In this document: positions 36,103 through 44,845 of the stretch, piece by piece
How the letters are laid out: every line of letters starts with the position of its first letter
Numbering within the stretch: the stretch's first letter is position 1
Virus record (IMG/VR): IMGVR_UViG_3300025389_001063
From: a virus
Lineage: Duplodnaviria; Caudoviricetes
DNA: 64,000 nucleotides
Strand: one strand, 5' to 3'
Notes under the pieces: generated by a model
Told to the model about the DNA's origin: nothing
Seen by the model: only the letters and a program-made list of their open reading frames with translations
The model's database searches: none
Made by a program: the position numbers and the translations under genes

Positions 36103-36131
36103 TTGACTTTTTTCAAAACATCTGTTAAATT
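36103..36131 (+). promoter_or_regulatory. Sigma70-like promoter
   Basis: TTGACT-17 nt-TAAATT, with the same TGTTAAATT -10 context as at 8737. Confidence 0.5.
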
Positions 36132-36137
36132 AAGATT

Positions 36138-36791
36138 ATGACAGACGAAATTATACCTCACGCATGGCCTACTGAATTTTCATGTTTAATTTATGTAGAT
36201 GATCTTATCTTAATAAACAATTACAAATTTGAAGTTGGATTTGATACAGCAAGTTCTAATCCAATTTTACACGACGTAGCATTTGAAAAGGTACAAATGT
36301 TTTTTGACATTCTTATGAATAATAGTATCCTTATTTCTAAGACGTCTTTTAGAGAGAAGAAATTTAATTTTGGCAATAATTATGTTGAATTGCCAGATAT
36401 GCTTAATGATCAGACATTAGGTGCTGTTATATTTTCAAAACTTATATCTTTAGTAGGAGAAGATTTAATAATAAGTTATGTTAAAGTGTCTAGTGAATTA
36501 GGTAGAAATATACGTTTTACTATTGACGATAATTCTCCCGAATTACATATTCTTCTTCCTAATAAAGAAGATTGGTGGGAAAATGATGAAATTAAAAATC
36601 AACCATGGTGGATGAGACCAGATACTGCAACATATGATGAAGTATTATCAGGAGAAGACATTTATAAGGGAGAATTTGATTGGAACGAACACTTTGGTGA
36701 AGATTTAGAAAGAGCAAAGAATTTAGATATTAAAAAAACTAAGTTTGAAATTATACATGGCGGAAAAGATGAAATTAAACCAAATAAGTGA
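36138..36791 (+). CDS. Hypothetical protein
   Basis: 217-aa ORF. No family recognised. Confidence 0.75.
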   Translation: MTDEIIPHAWPTEFSCLIYVDDLILINNYKFEVGFDTASSNPILHDVAFEKVQMFFDILMNNSILISKTSFREKKFNFGNNYVELPDMLNDQTLGAVIFSKLISLVGEDLIISYVKVSSELGRNIRFTIDDNSPELHILLPNKEDWWENDEIKNQPWWMRPDTATYDEVLSGEDIYKGEFDWNEHFGEDLERAKNLDIKKTKFEIIHGGKDEIKPNK

Positions 36792-37296
36792 GCCAATATT
36801 TACAAGTCAAGATCTTATACAAGAAATATATCATGGAAATTTAAAAAAATTAAGTCTATCTAAAGTAGACGAACACGATCTTGATTATATGTCATATATA
36901 GAATTTGTAAATAATAATAAATTAAGGGACTGGCCTTGTCCAGATGCTTATTTAGGAGAAAATAGAACTCAAAAAGAGTATGATTCTTTATTGCAATCAC
37001 AATGGTTTATGCCTGAGAAATATAAAAACTTTGATATTGAAGAATATGTTCTATCTTTGTGTGAGAATAAAATACAAACAGATAGAATAAATTTAGAACT
37101 AAAATTATTTAAAAAATACAACATGATTCCACTATTAAGATTCCTTAAATATCTGGTTGAAAAAATGAGGGAAGATAAAATAGTATGGGGAGTTGGAAGA
37201 GGTTCTAGTGTTGCTAGTTATTGTCTCTATCTTTTAGGAGTTCACAAAATAGATTCGATTAAATACAACCTAGATATTAAAGAATTCTTAAAATAG
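36769..37296 (+). CDS. Stand-alone fragment of DNA polymerase III alpha (DnaE-like)
   Basis: RINLELKLF..YNMIPLLRFLKYLV..IVWGVGRGSSVASYCLYLLGVHKIDSIKYNL..EFLK matches the DnaE GRGS region. Confidence 0.75.
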   Translation: MKLNQISEPIFTSQDLIQEIYHGNLKKLSLSKVDEHDLDYMSYIEFVNNNKLRDWPCPDAYLGENRTQKEYDSLLQSQWFMPEKYKNFDIEEYVLSLCENKIQTDRINLELKLFKKYNMIPLLRFLKYLVEKMREDKIVWGVGRGSSVASYCLYLLGVHKIDSIKYNLDIKEFLK

Positions 37297-37306
37297 GAGA
37301 TTTACA

Positions 37307-37606
37307 GTGGTTAGAAAAACATATAGAAGTCTACAAGGAAAAATAGTAGACATGGAATTACTTGCTCAGAAAAACGAATTAACTCCAGCAATTGGAAATG
37401 TTCGCGTTAATGCCAGAGGTGATGAGTTAGGCCCTGGTGGAAAAATTATACGTAAAAGAGAGGATATCATAGCAGAATACTATGAGAATAATCCTAATGC
37501 TGTTAAAGATGAGATGTATGTAAAACCAAGAAATAAAGATACTGAGTTAGAAACTCCACCTAAAGAGATTGAATCTACTAATAAAACTAGAGAAAAAAAG
37601 AACTAA
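37307..37606 (+). CDS. Hypothetical protein
   Basis: AGGAG RBS, GTG start; ...VRVNARGDELGPGGKII... Confidence 0.7.
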   Translation: MVRKTYRSLQGKIVDMELLAQKNELTPAIGNVRVNARGDELGPGGKIIRKREDIIAEYYENNPNAVKDEMYVKPRNKDTELETPPKEIESTNKTREKKN

Positions 37607-37615
37607 TTTACAAAA

Positions 37616-39115
37616 ATGCATCATGCATTAATATTTAACGTACATATATTTCACCGTCGTGTGCCCGGTGCTTACAGGATTGCAACCTTCTTAAGAGAAG
37701 AAGGTTGGGATGTTGAAGTTATTGATTGGGCTAACGAGTGGCCTGGAGAAGAAATAAAAGAATTATGTAGATCAAGAATTACAAAAGATACTGTTTTTTG
37801 TGGATTTAGTTGCTTTTTTGGCTATTGGCCCGATCATATGGAAGAACTATCACAATGGATTAAAAAAACATACCCAGATGTAAAATTAATTCTTGGTGGT
37901 TCAAGTACTCCAAGAATGAAATCAACTTCTATAGACTATTTTATTCACGGTTATGGTGAAAAAGCATTATTAGAACTAATATCAAGTATCATAGGAAATA
38001 CCCCTGGAAAAGGAATTAAATTTGATAAATCTTTTGGAAGAAAAAAAGTAATTAGAGCAATAGACGATTATCCTTCTTTCCCTATGAAAAAATTAATGAT
38101 AAAATATGAAAAACGAGATTTCATAGATCATAAAGAATGGCTCGGAATTGAATTTAGTCGAGGTTGTAAATTTAAATGTCTCTATTGTAATTTTCCTGTA
38201 TTAGGAGTCAAAGGAGATTATACTAGAGATGCTGACGATTTTTATTATCAGATGAGAGATGCTTATGATCGTTGGGGAGTTACTGGATATGTTTGTGCAG
38301 ACGAAACATTTAACGATTCCACCGAAAAACTTATTAAATTTGCCGATGCTGCTGAAAAACTTCCATTTGATCCATGGTTTAGTGGATTTATAAGAGCCGA
38401 TTTATTAGTTTCAAGACCACAAGACCAAGAACACCTTGCAAGATTGGGATTCTTAGGACACTTTTATGGTATTGAAACTATGAATTATCAGACTGCTAAA
38501 GTAATTGGTAAAGGTATGCATCCAGATAAATTATTATCGGGATTATTAGAAGCAAAAAAGTACTTTCTTAATAATGGGCAAAAAAGATATAGAGGAGAAA
38601 TTGCATTAGTATTAGGCTTACCACATGAAACTGAAGAAACTATACAAAAGTCTTTAAAATGGATTTCTGATAATTGGCAAGACGAATCACATAAAATTTG
38701 GCCTTTAGAAATACCCACTGACATTAAAGAAGATGTATTATCTGGATTGAGTTTAAATTATGAAAAATATGGATATAGAAAGTCTTCGAAAAGAATAAAA
38801 AAAGAAATTAATCTTCCTCGCGAAGTTACACATGTCTCTAAAAATATGAACTGGGAAAACGACGATTTAAGTTTAATACGTTGTAAAGAAATTATCGACA
38901 ACTGGTTTAATCATTCTATAAAAATGAAATATAATTTTCGACTTACTCCTTGGGAATTAGATTTGTATCTCAGTCACGGAAAAAATATAGACAATGTTTT
39001 AAACTTGACATTGCAAGAAATATATCCTAAAATATTAGAAAAATCATGGGAAATACATAATTCTAGAGTTAAAAAATATATTAAGAAAAAACTTAATGTG
39101 AAAGGTAAAAAATGA
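37616..39115 (+). CDS. B12-binding domain radical SAM protein
   Basis: EFSRGCKFKCLYC (CxxxCxxC). N-terminal RIAT.LR..GWDVEV and LILGG segments resemble a cobalamin-binding domain. DETF, GIET and GLPHET also present. Confidence 0.8.
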   Translation: MHHALIFNVHIFHRRVPGAYRIATFLREEGWDVEVIDWANEWPGEEIKELCRSRITKDTVFCGFSCFFGYWPDHMEELSQWIKKTYPDVKLILGGSSTPRMKSTSIDYFIHGYGEKALLELISSIIGNTPGKGIKFDKSFGRKKVIRAIDDYPSFPMKKLMIKYEKRDFIDHKEWLGIEFSRGCKFKCLYCNFPVLGVKGDYTRDADDFYYQMRDAYDRWGVTGYVCADETFNDSTEKLIKFADAAEKLPFDPWFSGFIRADLLVSRPQDQEHLARLGFLGHFYGIETMNYQTAKVIGKGMHPDKLLSGLLEAKKYFLNNGQKRYRGEIALVLGLPHETEETIQKSLKWISDNWQDESHKIWPLEIPTDIKEDVLSGLSLNYEKYGYRKSSKRIKKEINLPREVTHVSKNMNWENDDLSLIRCKEIIDNWFNHSIKMKYNFRLTPWELDLYLSHGKNIDNVLNLTLQEIYPKILEKSWEIHNSRVKKYIKKKLNVKGKK

Positions 39116-39441
39116 AAATTAGACCAATTCTTGATCATGTAATTGTGGAAGATATGGAATTCGGTGAGCAACGAACTGCTAGCGGAATTATTATTGTTGA
39201 CGATGATGGGAAACAACATGGTATTAAACCTCGTTGGGGTAAAGTTTATGCTGTTGGACCTAAACAAGAAGATGTTAAGCCGGGCGATTGGATCCTTATA
39301 GAACATGGTCGTTGGACTAGAGGATTTAATTTTACAAACGACGATGGCTCTATTTTTACTTTGCGTAGAGTGGACACTGATGCTATTATAATGTCAAGTG
39401 ATAGAAAACCCACTGACACTTATACAGCAGGTGAAATATGA
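39112..39441 (+). CDS. groES: Co-chaperonin GroES-like protein
   Basis: MKIRPILDHVIV...RTASGIII...GKVYAVGP...VKPGDWIL. Confidence 0.85.
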   Translation: MKIRPILDHVIVEDMEFGEQRTASGIIIVDDDGKQHGIKPRWGKVYAVGPKQEDVKPGDWILIEHGRWTRGFNFTNDDGSIFTLRRVDTDAIIMSSDRKPTDTYTAGEI

Positions 39442-39872
39442 GCAATATTGATCTAAACAAGTATAGAGAATTTGTAGAAGCAGTAACAAGTAAAGAAAGT
39501 AAAGATCTAACTTCATTTATGAATAGGTTAGATGACATCGACGCAAATTATATCGGTGATGGTGTTCATGGTCCCGACATAAACGTTCCACTAATGCTAA
39601 CAGCCGCAATTGGTATGGCTGCTGAGTGTGGAGAATTTTGTGAACTCCCAAAGAAAATCATCTTTCAAGGTAAACCTCTCAATGAAGATACACTCTTTCA
39701 TATGAAACGTGAACTTGGAGACATTATGTGGTATTGGGTTAATGCTTGTAATGCTTTAAGACTCGATCCTAATGAAGTTATTGCTGAAAATGTTCGCAAA
39801 CTTGAAGCAAGATATCCAGGCGGACACTTCGATGCTTTCTATAGTGAGAACCGTAAGGAAGGCGATCTCTAA
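39438..39872 (+). CDS. MazG-like nucleotide pyrophosphohydrolase
   Basis: GMAAECGEFCELPKK..KRELGDIMWY..NVRKLEARYP. Confidence 0.85.
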   Translation: MSNIDLNKYREFVEAVTSKESKDLTSFMNRLDDIDANYIGDGVHGPDINVPLMLTAAIGMAAECGEFCELPKKIIFQGKPLNEDTLFHMKRELGDIMWYWVNACNALRLDPNEVIAENVRKLEARYPGGHFDAFYSENRKEGDL

Positions 39873-40031
39873 ATGAAACTACCTACTGCTCCGTCGGGGC
39901 TTAGTACACTAGGAGTTACTGGTGTGGCTCTTATGGTACTTCATGTGTTAGGACATCTCAACGGTTGGGGTTGGCCTATTCTTTATGTTATATTAATTCT
40001 AATGGGAATCGGACAGGAGAATCGTAAATGA
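39873..40031 (+). CDS. Small membrane protein (52 aa)
   Basis: Read by hand: MKLPTAPSGLSTLGVTGVALMVLHVLGHLNGWGWPILYVILILMGIGQENRK. Its TGA overlaps the next ATG. Confidence 0.6.
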   Translation: MKLPTAPSGLSTLGVTGVALMVLHVLGHLNGWGWPILYVILILMGIGQENRK

Positions 40032-40303
40032 AGTGGCTCGATAAATGGTTTGCTAAAAAATGTCGTCAGGCTTGGAACGAAGAACCATCGCCAAGCATAA
40101 TAAAAGTAAATGAAATTAGCAACGGACCTTCTTCTGATGGTATGAACATTAAAGTATGGGGTGCTACTGGCGGACATATTGTTGAATTCCGTAAGTATGA
40201 TCATACAACAGATCGCAACGATAATAGAATGTATATTATTCCAGCAGATAAGGATTTTAGCGAAAGTCTAACTAAAATTATTTCTATGGAGATGCTACGT
40301 TGA
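40028..40303 (+). CDS. Hypothetical protein
   Basis: 91-aa ORF overlapping both neighbours by 4 nt. Confidence 0.65.
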   Translation: MKWLDKWFAKKCRQAWNEEPSPSIIKVNEISNGPSSDGMNIKVWGATGGHIVEFRKYDHTTDRNDNRMYIIPADKDFSESLTKIISMEMLR

Positions 40304-41229
40304 AAGATCTCTGGGTAGAAAAGTATAGACCAAAAGAGATTAAAGACTATGTGTTTCGTGATGAAAACCAAAAAGCACAGGTAGAATCTTGGGTTAAGGA
40401 AGGTACTATTCCTCACTTATTGCTAAGTGGATCACCAGGTATTGGTAAAACAACACTTGCTAAAATGTTAATTCATGCTATTGACGTTAATGACTTTGAC
40501 GTATTAGTTGCTAATGGTTCTAAAGAGGGTAGAAAAGTAGAGTGGATTGACAAACTTATATCTTTTTGCCAAACTATTCCCTTTGGACCATACAAAGTTG
40601 TACTAATCGATGAGGCAGATTATATGAATCCTCATAGTACACAGCCAGCACTTCGCAATCTTATGGAAGAATATCATTCTACTGTAAGATTTATCTTAAC
40701 TTGTAACTATCCACACAAAATTATTCCAGCATTACACTCACGTTGTCAGGGATTTCATGTTGAAACTGTAGATAAAGACGAGTTTACAGCGAGAGTAGCA
40801 ACAATTCTTGTTAGTGAGAATATCGATTTAGATCTCGATACACTTGATACATTTGTTAAGGCAACATATCCAGATATGAGGAAATGTATTAATCTTGTTC
40901 AAATGAATTCATCTAGCGGTAAACTTGTGGAACCAGATAAAAATGATAAAAATGCTGCTGATTGGCATTTGAATATGGTTCAATTGTTTAAGGCTGGAAA
41001 AATTAGTGAAGCAAGAAAACTTGTTTGTAAAAATGCTCAGCCAGATGAAATGGAAGATATCTATCGTTGGTTGTATGATAATTTAGATATTATCAGTGAG
41101 GATGAATCTGTACAAGATAAGGCAATCTTACACATTAAACAGGGTCTTGTGGATCATACTCTAGTTGCTGATCCTGAAATCAATTTAGCAGCGACGTTAA
41201 TACGAATTGCTAATTTAGTAGAGAAGTAA
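40300..41229 (+). CDS. Sliding-clamp loader AAA+ subunit (RFC small/gp44-like)
   Basis: LWVEKYRP, GSPGIGKTT, VLIDEADYM, RFILTCNY, SRC. Confidence 0.92.
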   Translation: MKDLWVEKYRPKEIKDYVFRDENQKAQVESWVKEGTIPHLLLSGSPGIGKTTLAKMLIHAIDVNDFDVLVANGSKEGRKVEWIDKLISFCQTIPFGPYKVVLIDEADYMNPHSTQPALRNLMEEYHSTVRFILTCNYPHKIIPALHSRCQGFHVETVDKDEFTARVATILVSENIDLDLDTLDTFVKATYPDMRKCINLVQMNSSSGKLVEPDKNDKNAADWHLNMVQLFKAGKISEARKLVCKNAQPDEMEDIYRWLYDNLDIISEDESVQDKAILHIKQGLVDHTLVADPEINLAATLIRIANLVEK

Positions 41230-41245
41230 GGGCCGAAGCCCTTAC
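41226..41245. terminator. Terminator hairpin between convergent genes
   Basis: GTAAGGGC-CGAA-GCCCTTAC, an 8-bp stem. Reads as a C(UUCG)G tetraloop on the minus strand, as is typical of T4-like phages. Confidence 0.75.
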
Positions 41246-41246
41246 A

Positions 41247-41984
41247 TTAATCTCCATAAATGTCTAATATCTCCTTAACCGCAGGATGTCTCTCAATATC
41301 CTTTTGACCAAAATTGACTATGTCAACATATTTTAGGTTCTCTTTGCTCTTGAGTAGTCTGATAAATTCGATCAAACCGTTGTCCTCAATGCGGTCAGCC
41401 TGCTTCAAATCGCCAGTTACTACCATTCTACTATTATCGCCTATGCGAGTTAGTAGCATTTTCATCTGGTTAGGTGTAGCATTCTGCATTTCGTCTGCTA
41501 TGATAAAAGCGTTCTTAAATGTTCTCCCTCTCATATAGGCTAAAGGACTTACTTCAATAACACCCTCTACGAGCATGTTTTGTATTTCCTTTGCGTAATA
41601 GTATTCCGCGAACACATCAAATATCGGGCGTGTCCAAGGTTCCATTTTCTTATTAAGATCCCCGGGTAAAAATCCGTGCTGTTCGTCAACACTTACTGCT
41701 GGGCGTGTTACAATGATCTTATCGATCTGCTTCTCTTTGAGCAATTTTATGGCTGTTTGAGTCGCTAGTAAAGTTTTGCCGGTTCCGGCAGGCCCAACTG
41801 CAAATAATACACTATTGTCTGGATTTTGTAGTTTAAGGAAATAAAGTTCCTGTGATCTATTGCGGGGTACTATTCGTACTTGTTTTTTCTTTTCTGGGAT
41901 ATATTCTTGTAAATCTATTACATTATTATTATTTCTATTATGATGTTGATTTTGTGCTTTTTTCTGTGCTCTTTGTCTGGACAA
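41247..41984 (-). CDS. phoH: PhoH-like ATPase
   Basis: GPAGTGKT, TRPAV, GFLPGDL..KM.PW, PLAYMRGRTF, DEMQN, KMLLTRIG, GDLKQAD, RHP.V. AGGAG RBS favours a TTG start at 41984 (track start 42050). Confidence 0.93.
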   Translation of the reverse strand: MSRQRAQKKAQNQHHNRNNNNVIDLQEYIPEKKKQVRIVPRNRSQELYFLKLQNPDNSVLFAVGPAGTGKTLLATQTAIKLLKEKQIDKIIVTRPAVSVDEQHGFLPGDLNKKMEPWTRPIFDVFAEYYYAKEIQNMLVEGVIEVSPLAYMRGRTFKNAFIIADEMQNATPNQMKMLLTRIGDNSRMVVTGDLKQADRIEDNGLIEFIRLLKSKENLKYVDIVNFGQKDIERHPAVKEILDIYGD

Positions 41985-42130
41985 ATGCAATGCTCCTTCA
42001 AATTGCTTTGTAGGACTACATATCCAAACCAGGACATGCGTCCCACACAATTATTTAAGTCCTACAAGAAAATCATAAGTGGATATATTAACTTTTGAAG
42101 CGATAAATAACTAGTACAAGGGCCTATAAA

Positions 42131-42682
42131 ATGTTTGACGAAAAAGACATTATACGTAATATATCTACTATCTATGACAGCAATACTAGCCTTAAAGTTT
42201 TAAAAGATTTTGAGCGTGTTTTAGATGAATTGAACCTCTATGTTTTTAAAAACTGGGAAGATGGCGAACTTATAAGAGGTCCTAAGATCAGTCGTCACTG
42301 GGTTGAATGTTCTTTTATGTGGTTAGAAGACAATATGCCAGATCCTATGGGCGGTAAAAGATTATTAGATTATAACTGCAAAGTTGCATTTAAAAAAGAT
42401 ACTATAGAATCTCCACGCCTTATTAAAAAACCAAGCGATATACGTCCTAATAGTAAAAAAGGTAAATTAGAAGAACATCCAATTTGGATTGTTACTATTA
42501 AAATGCCAAAAACTTTAATGTTTGATATATTCAAAGGTTCAGTTCGTGGCCAAAAAGATAATAAAGTAGACTTAGAAAGTTTTTATCAAGATATAGATAC
42601 TGAACAAAATATGGGCGAAGAATCAGTTGAGATGCCACAAAATGAACAACCCATGGCCGGAGATATAAATGCAACTCAATGA
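42131..42682 (+). CDS. Hypothetical protein
   Basis: Follows cgATAAATA (42103-42109); 183-aa ORF. Confidence 0.75.
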   Translation: MFDEKDIIRNISTIYDSNTSLKVLKDFERVLDELNLYVFKNWEDGELIRGPKISRHWVECSFMWLEDNMPDPMGGKRLLDYNCKVAFKKDTIESPRLIKKPSDIRPNSKKGKLEEHPIWIVTIKMPKTLMFDIFKGSVRGQKDNKVDLESFYQDIDTEQNMGEESVEMPQNEQPMAGDINATQ

Positions 42683-43394
42683 AGGCCTTAAATCAAAAGA
42701 TCTTAGCGATCTTGTAAAATCTGTATTCGAAGTAGATGCTTACAAGAGCAAAATGGGCGACGACGAAAATGTTGTTGTATTATCATTCGAAGTTACCGGA
42801 CATCAAGCAGCATTAGACTTAGTTGACTTTATCGAAAAAGGTTATGATTATGTTTTAGATGCTGATACTAGCAGTGGCGAAGATGATAACGGAAACTATA
42901 AAGTATTTGTTGAGATTGAAAGAGGACGTAAGATAGGTCAACAAATTCACGAAATTATGTATGGCTTAAATGAACTAACTGGTTGTTCTGATTGGAAATT
43001 TCGTTATTATAAAGATTATCATAGTCGACCATTAAATGAAATCGGAAGTATACCTAGTAGTGCTGAAGATTATCAAAAGAAGATGGAAGGTATATTTGAA
43101 AACGAGATGCGTTTCTTTTTTCGTAAAACTCCTCTCGATTACTTACTTGCTGAAAACAATATATTAACTTTCAAAAGACCGTTTACTAGTCCTATTAAAT
43201 TTAAATTAATTGAACACGGAACTAGAACTAATGTTATAAACAAACTTGCAGGGACTATACGTGTTGACGAAAGTTCTGTTAGTGAAACAATGTGGTTGAC
43301 AAAATATTTTGGTAACTATAATATTACAAAATACGGGAACCATTTTGTTTTTGAAAACGAAAATGTCGTTTTTGTTTTAGATCTCATAAAATAG
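42669..43394 (+). CDS. Hypothetical protein
   Basis: 241-aa ORF starting MQLNEG. Confidence 0.75.
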   Translation: MQLNEGLKSKDLSDLVKSVFEVDAYKSKMGDDENVVVLSFEVTGHQAALDLVDFIEKGYDYVLDADTSSGEDDNGNYKVFVEIERGRKIGQQIHEIMYGLNELTGCSDWKFRYYKDYHSRPLNEIGSIPSSAEDYQKKMEGIFENEMRFFFRKTPLDYLLAENNILTFKRPFTSPIKFKLIEHGTRTNVINKLAGTIRVDESSVSETMWLTKYFGNYNITKYGNHFVFENENVVFVLDLIK

Positions 43395-43427
43395 TTCCCT
43401 TAACTATTTGGAGAGATAAGTATTGTC

Positions 43428-44312
43428 ATGAATTATTATGCTACATTAGGCGTAGAAAGAACTGCGTCACCCGAAGAAATTAAAGCAGCTTATCGTAAAT
43501 TAGCAATGAAACATCATCCTGATCGCGGCGGTGATGAAAAAATGTTTCAAGAAATTACACAAGCATATGAAATATTAAGCGACCCTTCTAAGAAATCTCA
43601 GTATGATATGGGTGGAATGAATAATAACCCCCAATGGCAACAATTTCATAGCGGACATCCATTTACTGGGGATCCTTTTGGAAATCCTTTTGGTGGTACA
43701 GGCGGTGGACATCCCTTTGAAGATATTTTTGCACAATTTGGATTTGGATTTCCGCATGGAAGACCTCAACCAAAAAATAATGATTTACAAATCAAAATAA
43801 AAGTTAGCCTTAGAGATAGTTTTCTTGGTAAATCTATGAATGTTAGTTACCCTTTACCTAGTGGTAAACAAGAGAATACAGAAATTAGAATCCCCCCTGG
43901 AGTAATTCCAGGTCAATCTATTAAATTAGGCGGACTTGGGGACGATAGTATACATGGTATTCCTAGAGGAGATCTTATTATTCATATCGAAGTCGATCGA
44001 GATAATAATTTTCATCGAGAAGATTTGTCATTAGTAACAAAAACAACTATCGATGTTTTTGATGCTATGCTAGGTTGCAAAAGAATAATAAAAAATATAG
44101 ACGATTCTGAAGTTGAAGTTACAATTAGACCAGGTACACAAAATGGTCAAAAATATTCTTGTAAAGGGCTGGGTTTTCCTAATATTAGATTTCCATCCGA
44201 TAGAGGAGATCTCGTCGTACAAGTTATAGTAACTACTCCAGTAATTACAGATACATCGTCAATAGAGAAAGTAAAAGAGATGGCAGAATATATCCGTAGA
44301 ACAAAAAAATAA
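43428..44312 (+). CDS. dnaJ: DnaJ-class co-chaperone without zinc finger (CbpA/type II-like)
   Basis: J domain YYATLGV..AYRKLAMKHHPD, G/F-rich linker, C-terminal domain (RGDL; no CxxCxGxG repeats). Confidence 0.9.
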   Translation: MNYYATLGVERTASPEEIKAAYRKLAMKHHPDRGGDEKMFQEITQAYEILSDPSKKSQYDMGGMNNNPQWQQFHSGHPFTGDPFGNPFGGTGGGHPFEDIFAQFGFGFPHGRPQPKNNDLQIKIKVSLRDSFLGKSMNVSYPLPSGKQENTEIRIPPGVIPGQSIKLGGLGDDSIHGIPRGDLIIHIEVDRDNNFHREDLSLVTKTTIDVFDAMLGCKRIIKNIDDSEVEVTIRPGTQNGQKYSCKGLGFPNIRFPSDRGDLVVQVIVTTPVITDTSSIEKVKEMAEYIRRTKK

Positions 44313-44315
44313 CTA

Positions 44316-44344
44316 TTGATAATGTTCAATATCTGCTTTATATT
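44316..44344 (+). promoter_or_regulatory. Sigma70-like promoter of def-clpA
   Basis: TTGATA-17 nt-TATATT. Confidence 0.45.
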
Positions 44345-44350
44345 AATGAT

Positions 44351-44845
44351 ATGTTAGACCTTAAATACGAACCTTACCCACTGTTACATATGCCACTGGC
44401 AAAATATGAATTTGATCAAGACACAAAAGAACTTGAGAAATTAATGATCGAAACTATGAAAAAATATCGTGGTATCGGTCTTGCTGCTAGTCAAGTCGAT
44501 ATCCCATATCAAATGTTTGTAATGGGAACTGATTTAGTTGAAGGATTTATTGAACCAACAATATTCATTAATCCTTCTATTACTAAAGTTAGTGAAGAGA
44601 GAACTCTCGACAAAGAAGGATGTTTAAGTTTTCCAAATTTATGGCTAAAGGTTGAAAGACCTTCTTGGATTGAAGCAATATATCAAAGTGTCGACGGTAA
44701 ATGGAATGAGATTAGAGTTGAAGGATATATGGCTAAATGCTTTCAACATGAGTTTGATCATCTACACGGAGTATGCTATACTGATAGAGTAGGTAGATTG
44801 AAATTAGAAATGGCTATCAAAAAGATGCGAAAGGGTAAGAAATGA
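44351..44845 (+). CDS. def: Peptide deformylase
   Basis: GIGLAASQV, EGCLS and QHEFDHL motifs. Confidence 0.95.
   Translation: MLDLKYEPYPLLHMPLAKYEFDQDTKELEKLMIETMKKYRGIGLAASQVDIPYQMFVMGTDLVEGFIEPTIFINPSITKVSEERTLDKEGCLSFPNLWLKVERPSWIEAIYQSVDGKWNEIRVEGYMAKCFQHEFDHLHGVCYTDRVGRLKLEMAIKKMRKGKK

Noticed and set aside
43389-43408. AAATAGTT-CCCT-AACTATTT hairpin before dnaJ
   Set aside because: The stem is AT-only apart from one pair and does not cover the SD or AUG; a weak terminator or chance structure.
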